A stretch of DNA of 64,000 nt from Okamejei kenojei (GCA_035221665.1 CM069138.1:73904001-73968000), one strand, 5' to 3'; positions 25,459-39,960 are shown, counted from the first letter of the stretch. A program made the numbers and translations. The notes: generated by a model not told the origin, from the letters alone.

Positions 25459-25900
25459 TAATACACTGGTTTGTAACCAAAATTAGACGTGAATATTGCC
25501 AGTAAAGCAACGGGAAATCAATTGGCAACAATAAAAGAATAACATCTCACTTTAATATTTTTTTGCTTTTGTTTCCCCTTTATAATTGTGGTAATTGTTA
25601 CACATATTTTTGAGCAGTAAGTAACTAGGTTTATGTGACGAAGATATTGAACTCAGCAATATAGAAAAATAAATGAATGATCGATGGAAGCAACGATTAT
25701 CCAGGGTGTTTGAGTGATCTTGATATTTCAAGTGAGTAATTTTGTTAATGAAGCATTGTCCATGCACTCTTTCAAACAAAGAAATGTTCTGCAATGCCAC
25801 CAGCTGAAACTATTTAAAAGAAAATCTACAAAATAATACCAAACACAAGAGAAATTGCTCTGAGAAATTATTTCAAATATCGATCTGAACAATTCAATAC

Positions 25901-25919
25901 CTGTCTTACTTTCTTGGGA
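25901..25919 (-). other. Candidate microexon, 10 nt (25910-25919) or 19 nt with the second donor
   Basis: attatTGCtgtcttctag|TCCCAAGAAA|gtaagacag|gtattg. TGCATG lies about 140 nt downstream on the minus strand. Confidence 0.4.
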
Positions 25920-26089
25920 CTAGAAGACAGCAATAATGAAAAAAATATTATCATCAATAATGAAAATCTGTAATCTATCTCACTGAAATAGTAAATAATA
26001 TTTAATTGTTTACACTATTTACATGGCTTCCATCAAATGTCTTCAATGTCTATGTTGTTCTGGAATATAAAATATCCAAACTTCGCAGT

Positions 26090-26930
26090 TTAGCTCTTTT
26101 GACTTTAAGGGGATTTTCCTCAGAACCTAAACAGAGATGGGACCAAACTTGGACGCTGTGTTCCAAATGAACAAGAGCAGTATAGTGTTTACTGTGTGTA
26201 TTGTATTGATCCAACAATCACCCCGAGAGCATTCTTGTTTTTGTTGTAGTTTAATGCCATTTGGTTATCAATACCTCCAAATCCACTACTACAACAACTT
26301 GCCTTTTTTTTTGCGTTTAACATCTCAGCCCTGTACATAATGCACGTGAGGCATTGTTTCATCTGTCGTCATATGGAATACGCAAAATGAGTCCAAACCT
26401 CAGGTATATTTAGGATTGCTTGCAATGGCTTTTCTCATCTAAGGTTCTAACACTGACTCAGATCTTTACATCATCTGTGAACTTGGAGATAGTTCTCCAG
26501 ATATTTCCATCTGTGCCATTATTTAAGATAGCTAAGAGCAGTTATCCCAAAACCAATTCTTTGAGAAGTTAACTATAAATGGCTTCACCCAGAACTAGTT
26601 GTGTGTATGAGAACGCAACCAGCTCCTTATCATACACAAATTGTGCCTGCCAATTCCAATTTTTAAGTAGTTAATTGAATGGTACCTTCCAAAACCTTTT
26701 TAGAAAATTTAGATGCACAATGTCAATTTCACGCCCATTTTCCCCTTAATCACCTTGAGAAATAGACAGCTGATTGGTAAGGTTCTTTTCCAGATAGCTG
26801 GTTGAGAGATTTTGATTAAATCTTCCCTGTCAAGGTCTTCAACAATAGTGGAATGCGAATGGCCTGTAATGCAAAACAGGCAAAAGTGATTGACATCTTT
26901 CTTCCAAGTCAATGGAAAAGAATATAGGTG
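26090..26930 (-). mobile_element. Ancient CR1/L2-type LINE remnant
   Basis: Decayed RT-like text (catcatctgtgaactt = KFTDD on minus; ccaaacttggacgctgtgttcca resembles the LEY.VQFW motif). Confidence 0.5.
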
Positions 26931-27769
26931 AGTGTAAAATGGTTTGCCGATTCACAGTCACGTTCCTTGTTCAACTGCCCAGGTCCAATATCCCAGTATC
27001 TTTAATGATCTCTGCTATCCACTTAGCTATAACTAAAGTCAAAGATGCAAAAAACCTATAATGTATTTGTTGTGAGTTCTGGCGATTTTGAGTATTGCCC
27101 TCGTAGAGACAGCCGAAGAATATTTAATAATTAGATCTACAGACAAGTAAGAATTAAGCTAAGATTTCAGCTATACTTAATTAATTAGCTGCTGAAAGAC
27201 TTCTCGCTAGGTTAGATACACGGTTGGGTTTCTATTATTCAGCATAGTTACAAATTGACATGAAGTGGCCTTTTTGCCCTTCACTACTATCCATGTTCAG
27301 CACTCCAGCTATTTATATTTTAAAATATTTTTTTCTCTCTACAAAATCTACAATAAGCATGTAACAAATGGAATGAACTCTCTGTTGATGCTTCACCAAA
27401 GTCGGTGGTTACTGCACTAGGTGGCACTCTGTTCTATAAGTCCAGAATTGGAAGTGTGCACAAGGTATTGGTTCAGTTAAAGGTATGTCATCTTATGTGA
27501 AATAATGCTGTTGACCTGATTCAAATTATATTGATATTGCATGTGATTGCATAGATATTCTCCAAGAAGCACATTTTTTGCAGATCAGCCAGCGGGATCT
27601 AATCTCATTGCTTGTTCTCCTATCCTTTGGTATGTAGATAAATAAAAATAGTTTTGAAGGTCTCAAGATAGCACTTCAAGGACAGTATAATGATCCTCCT
27701 GACCAACCAACGAACCAACCAACCATCTACCCAGCAGAAAACACAAAGTATCCATAGTCTCTGGACTAC

Positions 27770-28160
27770 CCTAATGTCTACATCATCAAGAAGTTGAAAA
27801 GACATTGTGCAAACTGAAACACAACAAGGCCTCAAGAGCAGATGGTATCTCAGCCCGATTTCTAAAAATTGGTGGAGAACTTCAGTCACAAATTCACAAA
27901 GTCATCTCCTGTGACCAGGAAGAGGTGGACATGCTGAAGCAACTCAGTAATCATGACCATCAGGAAGGAGGCAAATGTGCCTGTGGAAACTATGGTGGGT
28001 CACCCGGCACAGGGAATGCCATTGCCAACACCCTCCTCAACCACTTGCCCCTAGTGGCCAAAGAGCTAATCCCTGAATCATCCATATAGTGGCACACGGG
28101 CATGATCTTTACTGTGCAGCAACTCCATGGGAAATGTAGGGGGAAGTACCAACCAATAAA
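27770..28160 (+). mobile_element. RTE-clade LINE remnant
   Basis: LKHNKASRADGISA.FLK.GG, CGNYGG, LIPES and MIFT.QQL pre-RT/RT motifs. Confidence 0.6.
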
Positions 28161-30876
28161 ATTGAATTTTCTTTTTTGCCTTCCCAGAGATTTTTAATCC
28201 ATCAATTGTTTATTATGGGTTTTACAGAGTACTATGTTTACATATCTGTTTGCTGCTGTAAGTAAGAATTTCATTGCTCCATTTCGGGACATATGACAAT
28301 GGAACACTCTTGACTCTCGACTGTGAAATTCACAAAGTCCTCAAACGCAGCTGCAGGCAAAATTATGTCTCCATCTTTCGGCTACTTCTTAATGGAATGC
28401 AAGCTTGATCATAACGTATACAGGTCCTCACCAGGTTACAACAGCACTCTTTTCCTGATAACAAATCCAAGCTGCTGGTCTCCAAACCACTTGTTTGTAT
28501 GTATGGACAATACAAAGATTCACTGCCTCGACCCGAAACATCACCCATCCATGTTCTCCAGGGATGCTGCCTGACCAGCTGCATTATTCCAGCACTTTGA
28601 GTCCTTGAGTGTCTGAACAAGGATCTCTAATTCCTTGATTCTTCACTGTAAATCTACCACTTCCCTCCAACAGTAAAGGTTTACAACAAGACTCTGGCAA
28701 GTGTGAAACACTTCCATTACCTCAAGAGGCATCTCGCTCAGGTGGACAATACAGTGTCTTCAGCGAGTCAGTACAGTATTTAGTCATCTGAAGATCAGAA
28801 CCTGAACCCAGCGCAAGGTTTATGGTCTATTGGGCAGCAGGGATCTCTGCCTCTTTGTATGTTCCTGAGACACGGAATATGTATAACAGGCACCTCATGG
28901 CACGGGAGAGATACTACCGTCCGCAAAAACTTCCTAGCAGGGAAAATGAACCACCATCCGCTTCCAGGCCAGCATTCTCAGCATTGAAGCCTAATTACAT
29001 TCAGCCAGCTATTCAGTTTAGTTTATTGGACAAATCCCATCATTCACATGCCCAGAGCCAGATTCCCAAAACTGTAAACAATTCCAAGCTCCATCACGGC
29101 ATGAAATTACCAGGTGGACATAGGAAAAGGTTCAAGAGGCACATAACCACTCAAAATGCTGCCTGACCTGCTAAATATTTCCAGCATTTACTATTCTTAT
29201 TGCAGGTTTCGTGAATCTGAATATTTTTGATGTTCATTGACTTAGATGTTTGCTCATTGTAATTCACATCAATTACATTTATTCAAAGCATTAAAAAAAA
29301 GTTGAACTTTTACTTATTTTATGCAGAATAAAACCTTCCAATTAAAATAATTTATAAGACATGTAAAGCGTTGATAGCAGCTGCATTCTTCAGACACTTT
29401 CACCTCCTGCATTTTTACATTTGGCACAGTCTTGCCTAGAATGAGAAGTAGTTGTTGATGGCTAGAGTTACACTTGCTCATGTTTACTCGTTGAACAAAC
29501 TGTCTGATGGAGCATTTGCAGATTTTGCACCCTGGTCTATCTGCATCAGCGATGTCTGGCAATAACAATCTCACCTACTGCAGCCCTACAAAATATATGT
29601 TGATCCCTCCTGATGAGATACTGGGATGTCCACCTCATGAGGTAGCTAGTGCCATCATTAAACGTTGACTTGTTGGCCTGCTCTAATATTTATTCTTGTA
29701 AATTAAGCGTTCAGCTTGTTTTATAACAATGCATTCTGTGCAAGAGCAATCCAGGCCTCTCCCCGTACTACCTTTCTCTCAGTTCCCTTTTGAACGCTGC
29801 TGTAAAGCTCCCTACGTTCCGGTCCATAGCAGTTTATTCTAAATTTTAATAACCCTCTGCATATGTTGTTTTTCCTCGTGTTACTTTTCGTTCTTTGGCT
29901 AATCGTCTTCATTCCACATACTCCGGCTCTTGACTCCTTCATCAATAGGATCTGTTTCTTTCCATCTATACTCAAGACCCTTCATGATGTTAAATATTTC
30001 TATGCAGCCTTTTCTTTTCCAAGGACAGCGACCCGAGTCTATCCACAGTACCTACATAACCAAGGACCCTCATCCCTGGAAACATTCCTGTAAATCTCTT
30101 TTACGGTCTATCTACGCTCATTGCAGCTTTCCCAAAGTGTAGTGTCCAAAGCATACAACATAAAATAGTACCGCACAAGAACAGGTGCTTTGGTCCACAA
30201 TGTCCGTGCCGATCATAATGCCATTAAGCTAATCACCTCTGCCTGCCCGAGATCCATATCCTTTTGAACACAATGCTCCAAACATATCCTAACCAGTATT
30301 TTTATAATTTTTCATCATGCTCTTCTTGTACTCCACATCTCTGTTTAAAAAGTGTGTGGGATGGAACTGCAGATGCTGGTTTACACTGAAGATAGACACA
30401 AAATGCTGGTGCAACTCAGCGGGTCAGGCAGCATCTCTAGAGAAAAGGAATAGGTGATGTTTCAGGCCGAGACCCTTCTTCATTCCTTGTCTCTAGAGTT
30501 GCTGCATGACCCGCTGAGCTATTCCAGCATTTTCTTTGTCTATTTTCGGTTTATAAAGTCCTCAATCCCAAACATAACATCATATAGCATAGGCATATTA
30601 CCTTCAGTCCACCAAGTCCACGCCAATGATCAATTAAGCAGTTGCATAAAATCTACACAAATCCCATTTTATTCTCCCTTGATTTCCATTATCCCAGCCT
30701 CCAGATTCTACCACGATACACGGGGAGCAATCTTCTACTGATCAATTGACCTAAACCAATCTGCACAACTATGGGATGTATGCTCAAACCAGAACACCCA
30801 GAGGAAACACACAAGGTGACAGGGAGAACATAAAAACTCCACACTGACAGCAGTGCAGAACAGAATTGAACAACAT

Positions 30877-31092
30877 TTATTTAGTCAGAGGGTGTGAATC
30901 TGTGGAATTATTTGCCACAGAAGGTTGTGGAAGCCAATGGATATTTTTAAGGCAGATATAGATAGATTCTTGATTAGCACGAGTGTCAGGGGTTATGGGG
31001 AGAAGGCGGGAAAATGGGGTTAGGAGAATGGGGTTAGGAGAATGGCCTAATTCTGCTCCTATCACTTATGATCTTATGAACTTATGAACTTG
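30877..31092 (+). mobile_element. CR1 3' end
   Basis: Same family as 6190-6540. Confidence 0.8.
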
Positions 31093-33202
31093 AAACACTG
31101 GAGTTGTGAGACAACAGCCCAAGCCTGGCAATTACTTTCAATGATGCGTACATGCATACTCTTCCAGTATTATCCATTCCTGTCTGTTTTATGATTTTAA
31201 CCCCACAGTTTATATTGGCTCTCCTCGCTCTTAGTTCTGGATTATGTTTTCTTGCCAAATGCCCACCCTTTTCATCTGCTTTGATGTCTATTTTTAGTCC
31301 GTACAGATCTCCTCATGGTTTTATCATCAACATATTTGTACAACGTGCATGTCGTGTACCCAAATCCGAGACGCCCACTCCTGTTGCGACCTAATGCCTC
31401 CCACCTCTTTCTGGACATTCCTACGTTGATATCCAATGTACTGGCATCAGTTTAGGTCGGCACTTTCCTCTTCTGTAGCTGGGCTGTTATGCTAGTGAAA
31501 TAAGAGGTACCAATTTAACTGCCTTAAGTGGATCAGGATACTCTAAACTGGATTACCAAAGTTGTAAACATATTTTAATCCGATTTCCGTTGATCTCTTT
31601 ACAAAGGTGGAGAACAAAGTAAGGTAAAAGCAAGGAACAGCACATGGTGGTTTACACAAAAGGACAAAAACTGCTGGAGTAACTCAGCGGGTCAGGCAGC
31701 ATCTCTGGAGAACATGGATAGGTGTTGTTTCGAGTCGGGACCCTTCTTCAGACTGATAGGTAACGTTTTGGATTGGGACCCTTGTTCAGAACAAAGATAG
31801 GTGTTGATTTGAGAAACCCCTGGCACTTTCTCTCTGGAACGGCTGAGACCCAACATATTTTGCAGCCTTTTTCATGTAGCACAAACACTGCATGTGCTCT
31901 TGTTGGAATAGTCACATACTGGCCACAGTAAATGAGATTTCCCTGCATACTTTGATAGTGTCAGTGCTGGAGGTCATGTTTGGTGATCTCTTAATATTAA
32001 TTGTTATACTCCACCTAAAGATGCAGTATTTACTTCTTGGAAACATAATTTAATTTCACAATTACATTTTCCAATTCTGTTATCTGTTCTGCACATCTCG
32101 TGCCCTGAGATTTCCATTGACATGGTTAAGAGTAGCAATAATTACCTGTTTAATTGCACTGAAACTAAAGGTTATATCTGATCATGGTAATACAACAAGA
32201 ACACCATTGCTATGTAAGAGCACTATCCTGCCTACTTGTCCTTTGCAAATAATTCAAAACTTCAACAACGTTTAAGAAATTCTGTGAAAAGCTAGATTAA
32301 AGCTAGGGTTAAATTGGTTCCGCTGAGACATTTTACAGTCCTTTATTCACTCCATAATTGCGGCTACAGGAGAAAGCTTCTCATAAGTCTTGTCAAAATT
32401 ACGGCAGCGATTGCCATTGGAGGGGTAGAAATATATTCTGGTATTAGTCAGAATTAGAGAGTCGAAGGGCTATACAGCACAGAAACAGGTCGTTCCACCC
32501 AACTCATCGATGCTTAACTAATATGTCCGTGCCTGGCCCATATCCCGACAAACCTGTTGAGGTGTCTTTGAAATGTCATTAATTGTGTCCACTTCTTCCA
32601 TCTATGCACCACCTTCTGTGTGAAAACATCTCAGTGTGGATGTTACCATATTATTCCAATGTTTAAACCTCGCTCTAGACGCTGGGATGAACCGAGTTTT
32701 AAGTTGTTGAACCAACAGAAGTGGGGGACCAACTCATCTTTGGATTCTTCTCTGCTAATCAGACCAATCACTGCTTTGCTTCGCCCCTTGTCCTCTCTAC
32801 TTCACTGAAGATAGACACAAAATGCTGGAGTACCTCAGCGGGACAGGCAGCATCTCTGGATGGGTCTATATTTCATTATCTGGTTGAGGGATTTCATGGT
32901 TCCCCAGGCAACCCCCACCAATTGTAAGAAAAGTGAATACATTTGAAAGTTTGATTGGTTTTCACATGTAAAAGAGCCAAACATTACTTGATGAAGCTTT
33001 CAGGAAACCCTCCAATTAGAACTGCCAAACCTAAACCTTATCCAAACAATGAGAGATCACATCTCATTAGTGTCAAACAGGAAAGCACAATTCCATGCAT
33101 CAGGATACTGGAAGATTAATCTTTACACACCTTTAAAACTTGGTATTAAAAATCAAGTGCTCTGTGCAGTTTTCTTAATTTTTTTTCCGGAGGAAATGTC
33201 AT

Positions 33203-33450
33203 TCATGCAAAGGTCAGGCAGAAATTGCCAGGGAGCAAGTTTTCTTTAACACTGTCCTTATTGTTTCTCCGGAATTTCCAGTCCTTCTCAGAGGATGGAA
33301 GCAGGGAGCTGGGCCTACTAAGGCAGGTGGGCCCTAAAGACCCATTAATGCCTTGGCACAGGAAACAGTGATTCTCCAAGCCCTGCACAGACATTGCAAA
33401 ACTCGAGGACACTCCACCCTTCTGGCTCCTCTTATTTTTGCAATCTTTTC
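33203..33450 (-). CDS. Candidate alternative terminal exon (phase 1: GKDCKNKRSQKGG...NFCLTFA*; phase 2: RKRLQK*)
   Basis: Acceptor tgtctcctgcatcttaacag| and a GC-elevated non-repeat block with one frame open for 82 codons. Confidence 0.3.
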
Positions 33451-36325
33451 CTGTTAAGATGCAGGAGACATTCCCCTAACCTTCCAGCTGTGTGCTAACA
33501 AAACCAAACAATTGTTGGAACACTTTACTCACCAATGCATAGTTCATTATTACAGGATTGAAACCCAGTTTAATTTTACTTTTTAATTTTGAACCTCACT
33601 GATAAAATGAAAAAATCACACATTGATTTACAATTCTGAAAGAGATAAACAAGTGTATTGAAGTGTCTTGGCTATACGACACAGCCTTAAAGGACTGAGT
33701 GATTTATTACTATAAGGAGAAAATATTCTTGGTGTAATTCTCTGCATACAGCTTTCATGACATATTGTGTTCCTTGGATTAGTATCTCTGCCTGAATCTG
33801 AGAGCAAATTCTAGTCCATATTAAGATCACACAGAGCTTGGAGACAAGCAAATAAAACAATCTATTTCTGCACACTCCCTATTCAAGGTTTAATAGGACT
33901 GTAGACATCGGCAGCGAAAGAAATGCAGCATAAGTCACACTTCACTTTTATTCGTGAGAAGTGATTGTTCCAATATAAAGAAATTAAGCTTGCATCTCAA
34001 TGTTGTTCCACAATCGCGGCATTGGAATATGTAAAAAGGAAGGTCTATTTCCGCATTTGGTTCTTATTCAAATGATTTATAGCTTGCTGGTAAATGAGTT
34101 CATAAACTTCCCCACCTGCTGATGCTCTTTTTTTCTTACAAGGCTTTTGATTTATTTCAGTCTGGTACTTAACTGCTTTCATGTGACTGATATTCCTAGA
34201 GTCCTTGTGTGGCTGTGGCTACGTTTGAACAAGTTCCTCTAATCTATGTGTTGCTAATTTGAATCCCATCTTAGTCCATTGTTAGAGCACATGCTCAAAA
34301 CAGAGGCATTTGTCATCTGTGAGGTTTAGTTTCCTTTGTAATGCAATGTCAGATGCTTCTGAGGTGCAGTGATGTTGACTTTGACTACTGTCAAACTGAG
34401 TTTAGGCATGCCAAGGTCATTTTAATACAAAGGGGATAAGTATTCTGAGAGAAGGACACACTGTGGGGATATCTTTTAATGTTGGCTGCAGGAAACTTGA
34501 TAAGTTCAAAGCAGTTTAAGTTTAAACAATTCCGTAGGCCACTGTGTTCATCTTAAAACATCTTATTATCCTGGTTACTATTTTATAGGATATTCATTTA
34601 ATCTTATAAAATCCCTTAAATTGCTCAGTCAATAAGGAAAATATTTCCCGGATTAAAGGTAATGGTTGCAGTATCCTCCATACATCTGACCAGTGAGTAA
34701 AGCTTCATACAAGCAGTATAAATCCCAGCTGTGAAAGTTAGCATGCCTGTGATTTTACTCTGGGAATGACTAGTCAAAATACATTAGTGGCACAGTTTTG
34801 TAAAATATAATATTACCTATAAGGGCTCTTATCCTTTAAGAACAGAATCACTCATTATACTAATCGTGGGCAAGCAGAATGACGCAGGGCACTTTTCCCA
34901 TGTTCATGGAAAATCACACTGGTCTCCATTTCAGAGTTTTAAATGCAGCTCTTTGATGGGACCTCTTAAAGATACATTGCCAGAGAAGTATGTTTGGCAG
35001 AAATCAAAAAATATATTCCTAAAATTCCCCACTCCATTTGAAGCACATCCCAAACTCTGAAGGAATGTTTTTCATGCTCTCAGCATGCCCTACAGTGCTT
35101 TACATTCAATAGTTAGCTTCTGTACTGTAGTTATGAGAGTGGGAAATGCAGCAGCCACTTGTGCATAGCACGATCCCCAAAACAACAAAGAGATTTATTT
35201 TATTTTAGTTTAGAGATACAGCGCAGAAACAGGCCCTGCGGCCCACCGATCACTGGTCGGCGCGGACTCAGTGGGCGGACCACCGCGGGCATCCAGATAA
35301 TTTGGTTTTGTGGATTATTTTGTCACCAGTGCAGTGGTTTGGCTTTGTATCAAATCGTAGGACTATTTACAATTCAGCTAAGGAGGCAAATGGGATGGAT
35401 AGTTTAGTTTAGTTTGTTTATTGTCACCTGTATTGAGGTACAATGAATAGCTTTTGTTGTGTGTTATCCAGTCAGCGAAAGACAATACATGATTATAATC
35501 GAGCCATGTACAGTGTCTGTAGGAATAGAGATTTAAGAGTGTGGAGCGATTGTAAGATGTGCTTGTAGATCTGCTTATGTGGTTAGCACGCAAATAAGTT
35601 GGGTGCCCGAGGCCTTGTGGGATGAACTTGCGCAGAAATGTTGGAGAGCGAGGGTTTTTTTTGGGGTTATGCGCATTTCCAGCGGAGATCTAAGAAGGAG
35701 GTGGTGAGCTGCCTCCATGAATCAGTGCAGTCTTCTGGTGAAAGTACTGTTGAGCATGCATGTTGACTGTGATGGCAAAGACCTGGCAAATTATTGGAGG
35801 GGAATCTGTAGGCAGTAGGTCCACTGTCCTTCTTTTTGTGCATTCAAAGTAACAAGGGCAAGTAACAGCTGTGGCCTTTGTAGCTGGTGCTAACTGCAGT
35901 CATAGTGTGCCAATGATTGGAGAAATTGAACGTTTAACATGGTGGATAGTATGCCAATCGTGCTGACTATTTTTGTCCGATGTGACACTGAGCTTTTTCA
36001 ATGTTCTTGGAGCTGCACTTTGTCTAGCAGATGGAGTGCATACTATCCCTTCCCAGGGGGATAACTGCCCATTCAGCTCAATTTCTATGCAGTTGAAGTG
36101 ACTTGACAGGTTTTAAACAGAGATTTTCAGGTTAAAGAATTCAAGTACAATTTCTTTGCAGCTCTTTCTTAGGCAACTCAAGATTTTCAGAATATATAGA
36201 ATTAGAAAGCAATGGATAACTGGGTTGTGGGAAGACCCAGCAAGTGGGTTGAAAGGCAGAATGTGCAATGTGTAGGGGGAGAAGGAAATTCAAGAAAGAG
36301 AAAATAGGGAACAATTTCTGGAGGA

Positions 36326-36781
36326 CTGTTTCTATAAGACGTGGTCTGCATTTATAAATCTACTACAAGGATAAGGTGCAAGAATACCTCAAAAAAGTAC
36401 CAATGTCGGGTCTTGGTAAAGGGGGAAGAAAAACTGTCGAGTTGGTAGACTCCTTTTGTCAGATGTTTATAATAAAGTAACTGGCTTTTCTTTTTTCTTT
36501 CTCTTTCTTTCCCTCTCCAGGGTCTATCTCTTAATCTCCTTTCTCTAACTCTCCGCCCAAGGGTTCCCTTTCCCTCTGGCATGATTTTTGACTTTCGCAA
36601 CTCTTTTTCACTCTTCTACTTTCTCTGTTGATATTTCTTTCTTTTTTCTTTCTTTTCTAAAGCCTTAAAAAATTAAGGGGTACAATGATTGTAATCCTAT
36701 ATAAGGGATGTACACTGATGTAATTTACGGTACTTCTAATAAATAAAAGATATTACATTTTTTTTTTTTATTTTTTTTTTA
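36326..36781 (+). mobile_element. 5'-truncated L1 3' end with 13-bp TSD
   Basis: FYKTWSAFINLLQG* ORF2 end, T-rich 3' UTR and AATAAA. TSD AATTTCTGGAGGA at 36313-36325 and 36782-36794. Confidence 0.85.
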
Positions 36782-36801
36782 AATTTCTGGAGGAAGCTTA
36801 A

Positions 36802-37027
36802 AGGGCCTGTCCCACTTTCACGACCTAATTCATCACCTTTTTACTCATGGACATTTTTCATCAGGCTAGAAAAACGTCCCGACCGACTTGATGCCACGAG
36901 TACCTACGATTAGCATCACAACCTACCTACGACCTCCTACGAACTCGTGACGACCACGCTGCGAGTATGAGTCAAGGGCAAACTCGGCAAAGGTCGTGAA
37001 TTAGGTCATGAAAGTGGGACAGGCCCT
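36802..37027. mobile_element. PIF/Harbinger MITE
   Basis: TIRs of about 31 bp, AGGGCCTGTCCCACTTTCACGACCTAATTCA, with TAA TSD on both sides. Confidence 0.9.
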
Positions 37028-39960
37028 TAATTAGGACAAAGGAGGACCATGAGAGTGAAAGGCCGTCCAAGGTGAAAGGCTGAAGGGAAGACTAGGCTAG
37101 AAGTGGGAACAAGGAGCAGGTACATAAGATTGCGTTGGAGGCTTGGAGTGGGTAGATAATACCTGTTAGGAGAGGTCACGGGAAGTGGAAGATGGTGCAC
37201 AATAAAAAAACCAAAATAAAACAGGAAATTTAGAGCTTAAGTTTGAGTATTAATACGTGATGGAAAATGTTAGGCAGATGGATGTGGGAAATATGGGTGA
37301 TAATGGAAAACAGTGAGGAAGAGGGTGATGGAAAGATTAAAGTGCTTCATAGAGTGAATGGACAGGAAGAGGACATTTGAAAAATCGAGTTGGAAAAAGT
37401 AATAATATATTTTTCACAGGCAGAAAACGAGGAAATTGGAATACATTAGATTTATGGAATGGAGTACATAGCCATTTTTTGTATCTGTCCACAGAATGCC
37501 TCAGTGGCACAGGGATCAGGAAAACACAGTGACTGATGTGCTGTTATGCCATTACGATATGCAATGAACCAATGGCTAGCAATAGGTGCAATATAGAGCA
37601 CCTTTAATGATTGTCCAAGAATCCGTTACAGACCAAGAGGCATGGAATAGGCATTGTTACTTAAGCAAATGGATGGGAAGATACAGAAGTTAGACACAAA
37701 AAGCTGGAGTAACTCCGCGGGTCAGGCAGCACAACTGGAGAAACGAGATTGGGTCGAGACCCTTCTTCAGGGGAGAGGGAAACAAGAGATAAGAAAAGGT
37801 ACAAAGAACAAATGATCGAAAGGTATGCAAAAGGAAAAATCAAAGCCAGCAACGATGATCAAGGAAACTTGGAACCCATAATGTTAGTTGTGGAGAAGGT
37901 GATAACAAGTGATATAAACAGTGAAACTGAGCAGGGCGACAGTGAAACTTGTAGGACGACTAGTGTGGGGAAGCTCACTACCAAGCTGGAAGTCTAAAAG
38001 GGAATGATGGGCCTCATTTAGAAGCATGAAAATGGGCAGAAAAGTGTGCACTAAATTATGCAACGGAACATAACATTTACCCCAATCAATATCAAAACTA
38101 ATCTCTTGCAGAGACAAATCTGTCACAAGAACCTCCAACATCAATGTCTAGCTGTTGACAGCTGAGACATTTCACTAACTCCCTCAAATCTGCAGCATGA
38201 CCTTTGCAGGGGGCATGGACAATTGCTTTCTGTGAACAAGAAAGGGTGGCAAAAATGTGACAACAGGAAGTCAAATAGTGCAGACAGGAAGTGCATACAG
38301 ATATAACATTTACAATTTCTTATTCAAAATTATGCTTTGAAACAGAAATAGGTGCACCATTTTGCCTTAATTATCTTCCTCATGCAATATTTCGAAGAAA
38401 GTCTGAAACACATATGGAATAAATTTTCAGTGTGGTAACAATGTTTATAACAGTCAGGTTGTCACTTGCTTTTGACTGAAAGTTCTGTGTTGAGTTTGTA
38501 ATTTTTTTAAGGCATTCCTTTCTCCTTTGCCATTATCCTATGCTCTGTCTCATGATAAATGTTTCACTGTGGCCTTCACTGTTGCCTTAGATGAGCATCT
38601 TCTACTGCATATATCCTGACAGTTTTATTGCCAACTCATTCCACTTGGACCACACGGCATTGTAACTGATTGATTAGACCAATTCTATTGTGTAGACACA
38701 TATTTACTCAGGGCTAGAAAAAAAAAAAACCTGCCATTAACTCAGTTCCTTGCTCCCTTGTGATTATTTTTTACGCTGTATGGTGAAAGTGAGGATAATA
38801 TCTGCTTCGTTGCTGATTTAAACTCTACCCTACATGTGCAAGGGACCATGTTTTTGACCTTTAATGTAGCTATTTAGTCCATCTGATCTGGAGTTTTAAT
38901 TGATCTTGTATTATTTCATTTACAATTCCATATAGTACAGGAATCAGGAAACAGCTGCTGTGTGACTAACAAGATGTTTGATGCACCACTGCCGTCTTGT
39001 CATCACTGAAATTCATGCATTGAAAAAGCATCTGTTTCCCATTTTGATTTACACAAGGTATTGCAGCAGTATTATGTTCTGACATTACGACACATAAAGC
39101 TCACAGTTCTGTTACATTTTGCAAAAGCCGCGATTAGTTACTGGTAATGGTGTGAGGTGACATGTGCTGGGAATATGTACGTCAGGTTGCTGTTCTTCGA
39201 CCATACCTCAGCATTCAACACCATCAACCCCTCTAAATATATCATCGAACTCTGATGCAATCACAAAGAACGTCTGAAGGGTCTCGACCCGAAATGTCAC
39301 CTATTCCATTTCCCTCGAGATGTTACTCCAGCATTTTGTGTCTAAGCTCATCAACACCTCGACTTCCTCTGAGGAATGAGAAGATTCAGCATGTCCCCGA
39401 ATACTCTAACAAACCTCCAAAGATAGGAAGTATAGAGTATACGGACTGCTTGCGTCATAGCTAGACACAAAGTGTTGGAGTCACTCGGTGGGACAGGCAG
39501 CATCTCTGGAGAGAAGGAATGGGTGACGTTTTGGGTCGAGACCCTTCTTCAAACTGAGTCAAGGGGAGCTGGAGACACCGAGATAAGGAAAAGTAAGTTA
39601 TTTCTTACACTGGTTGCAGCGCAGCCTGGTTCAGTAACTCAAACAACCATGAACAAAGCAGGCTGCAGAAAGTGGTTCACCTTTCCTGATCCATCATATC
39701 TATTGACTTCCCCTCCATCTAAGGGATCTACATAAAGCGCTGCCTCAAAAAGGTAGCTAATACAATCAAAGACCCACACCACCCTGGCTGTGTTCCCATC
39801 TCACTGCTACCATTGGGAAGAAGGTACCGTGGCCTGAGATGCATGTTAATGATTATGCTCTTCAACCACCCTGCACATCCCCAACCACAACCCGACCTCC
39901 TCAACAATCCACAATGGACTTTGCTTAGGTAGCACTACGAACTTTGGCTTGCACTATAAT

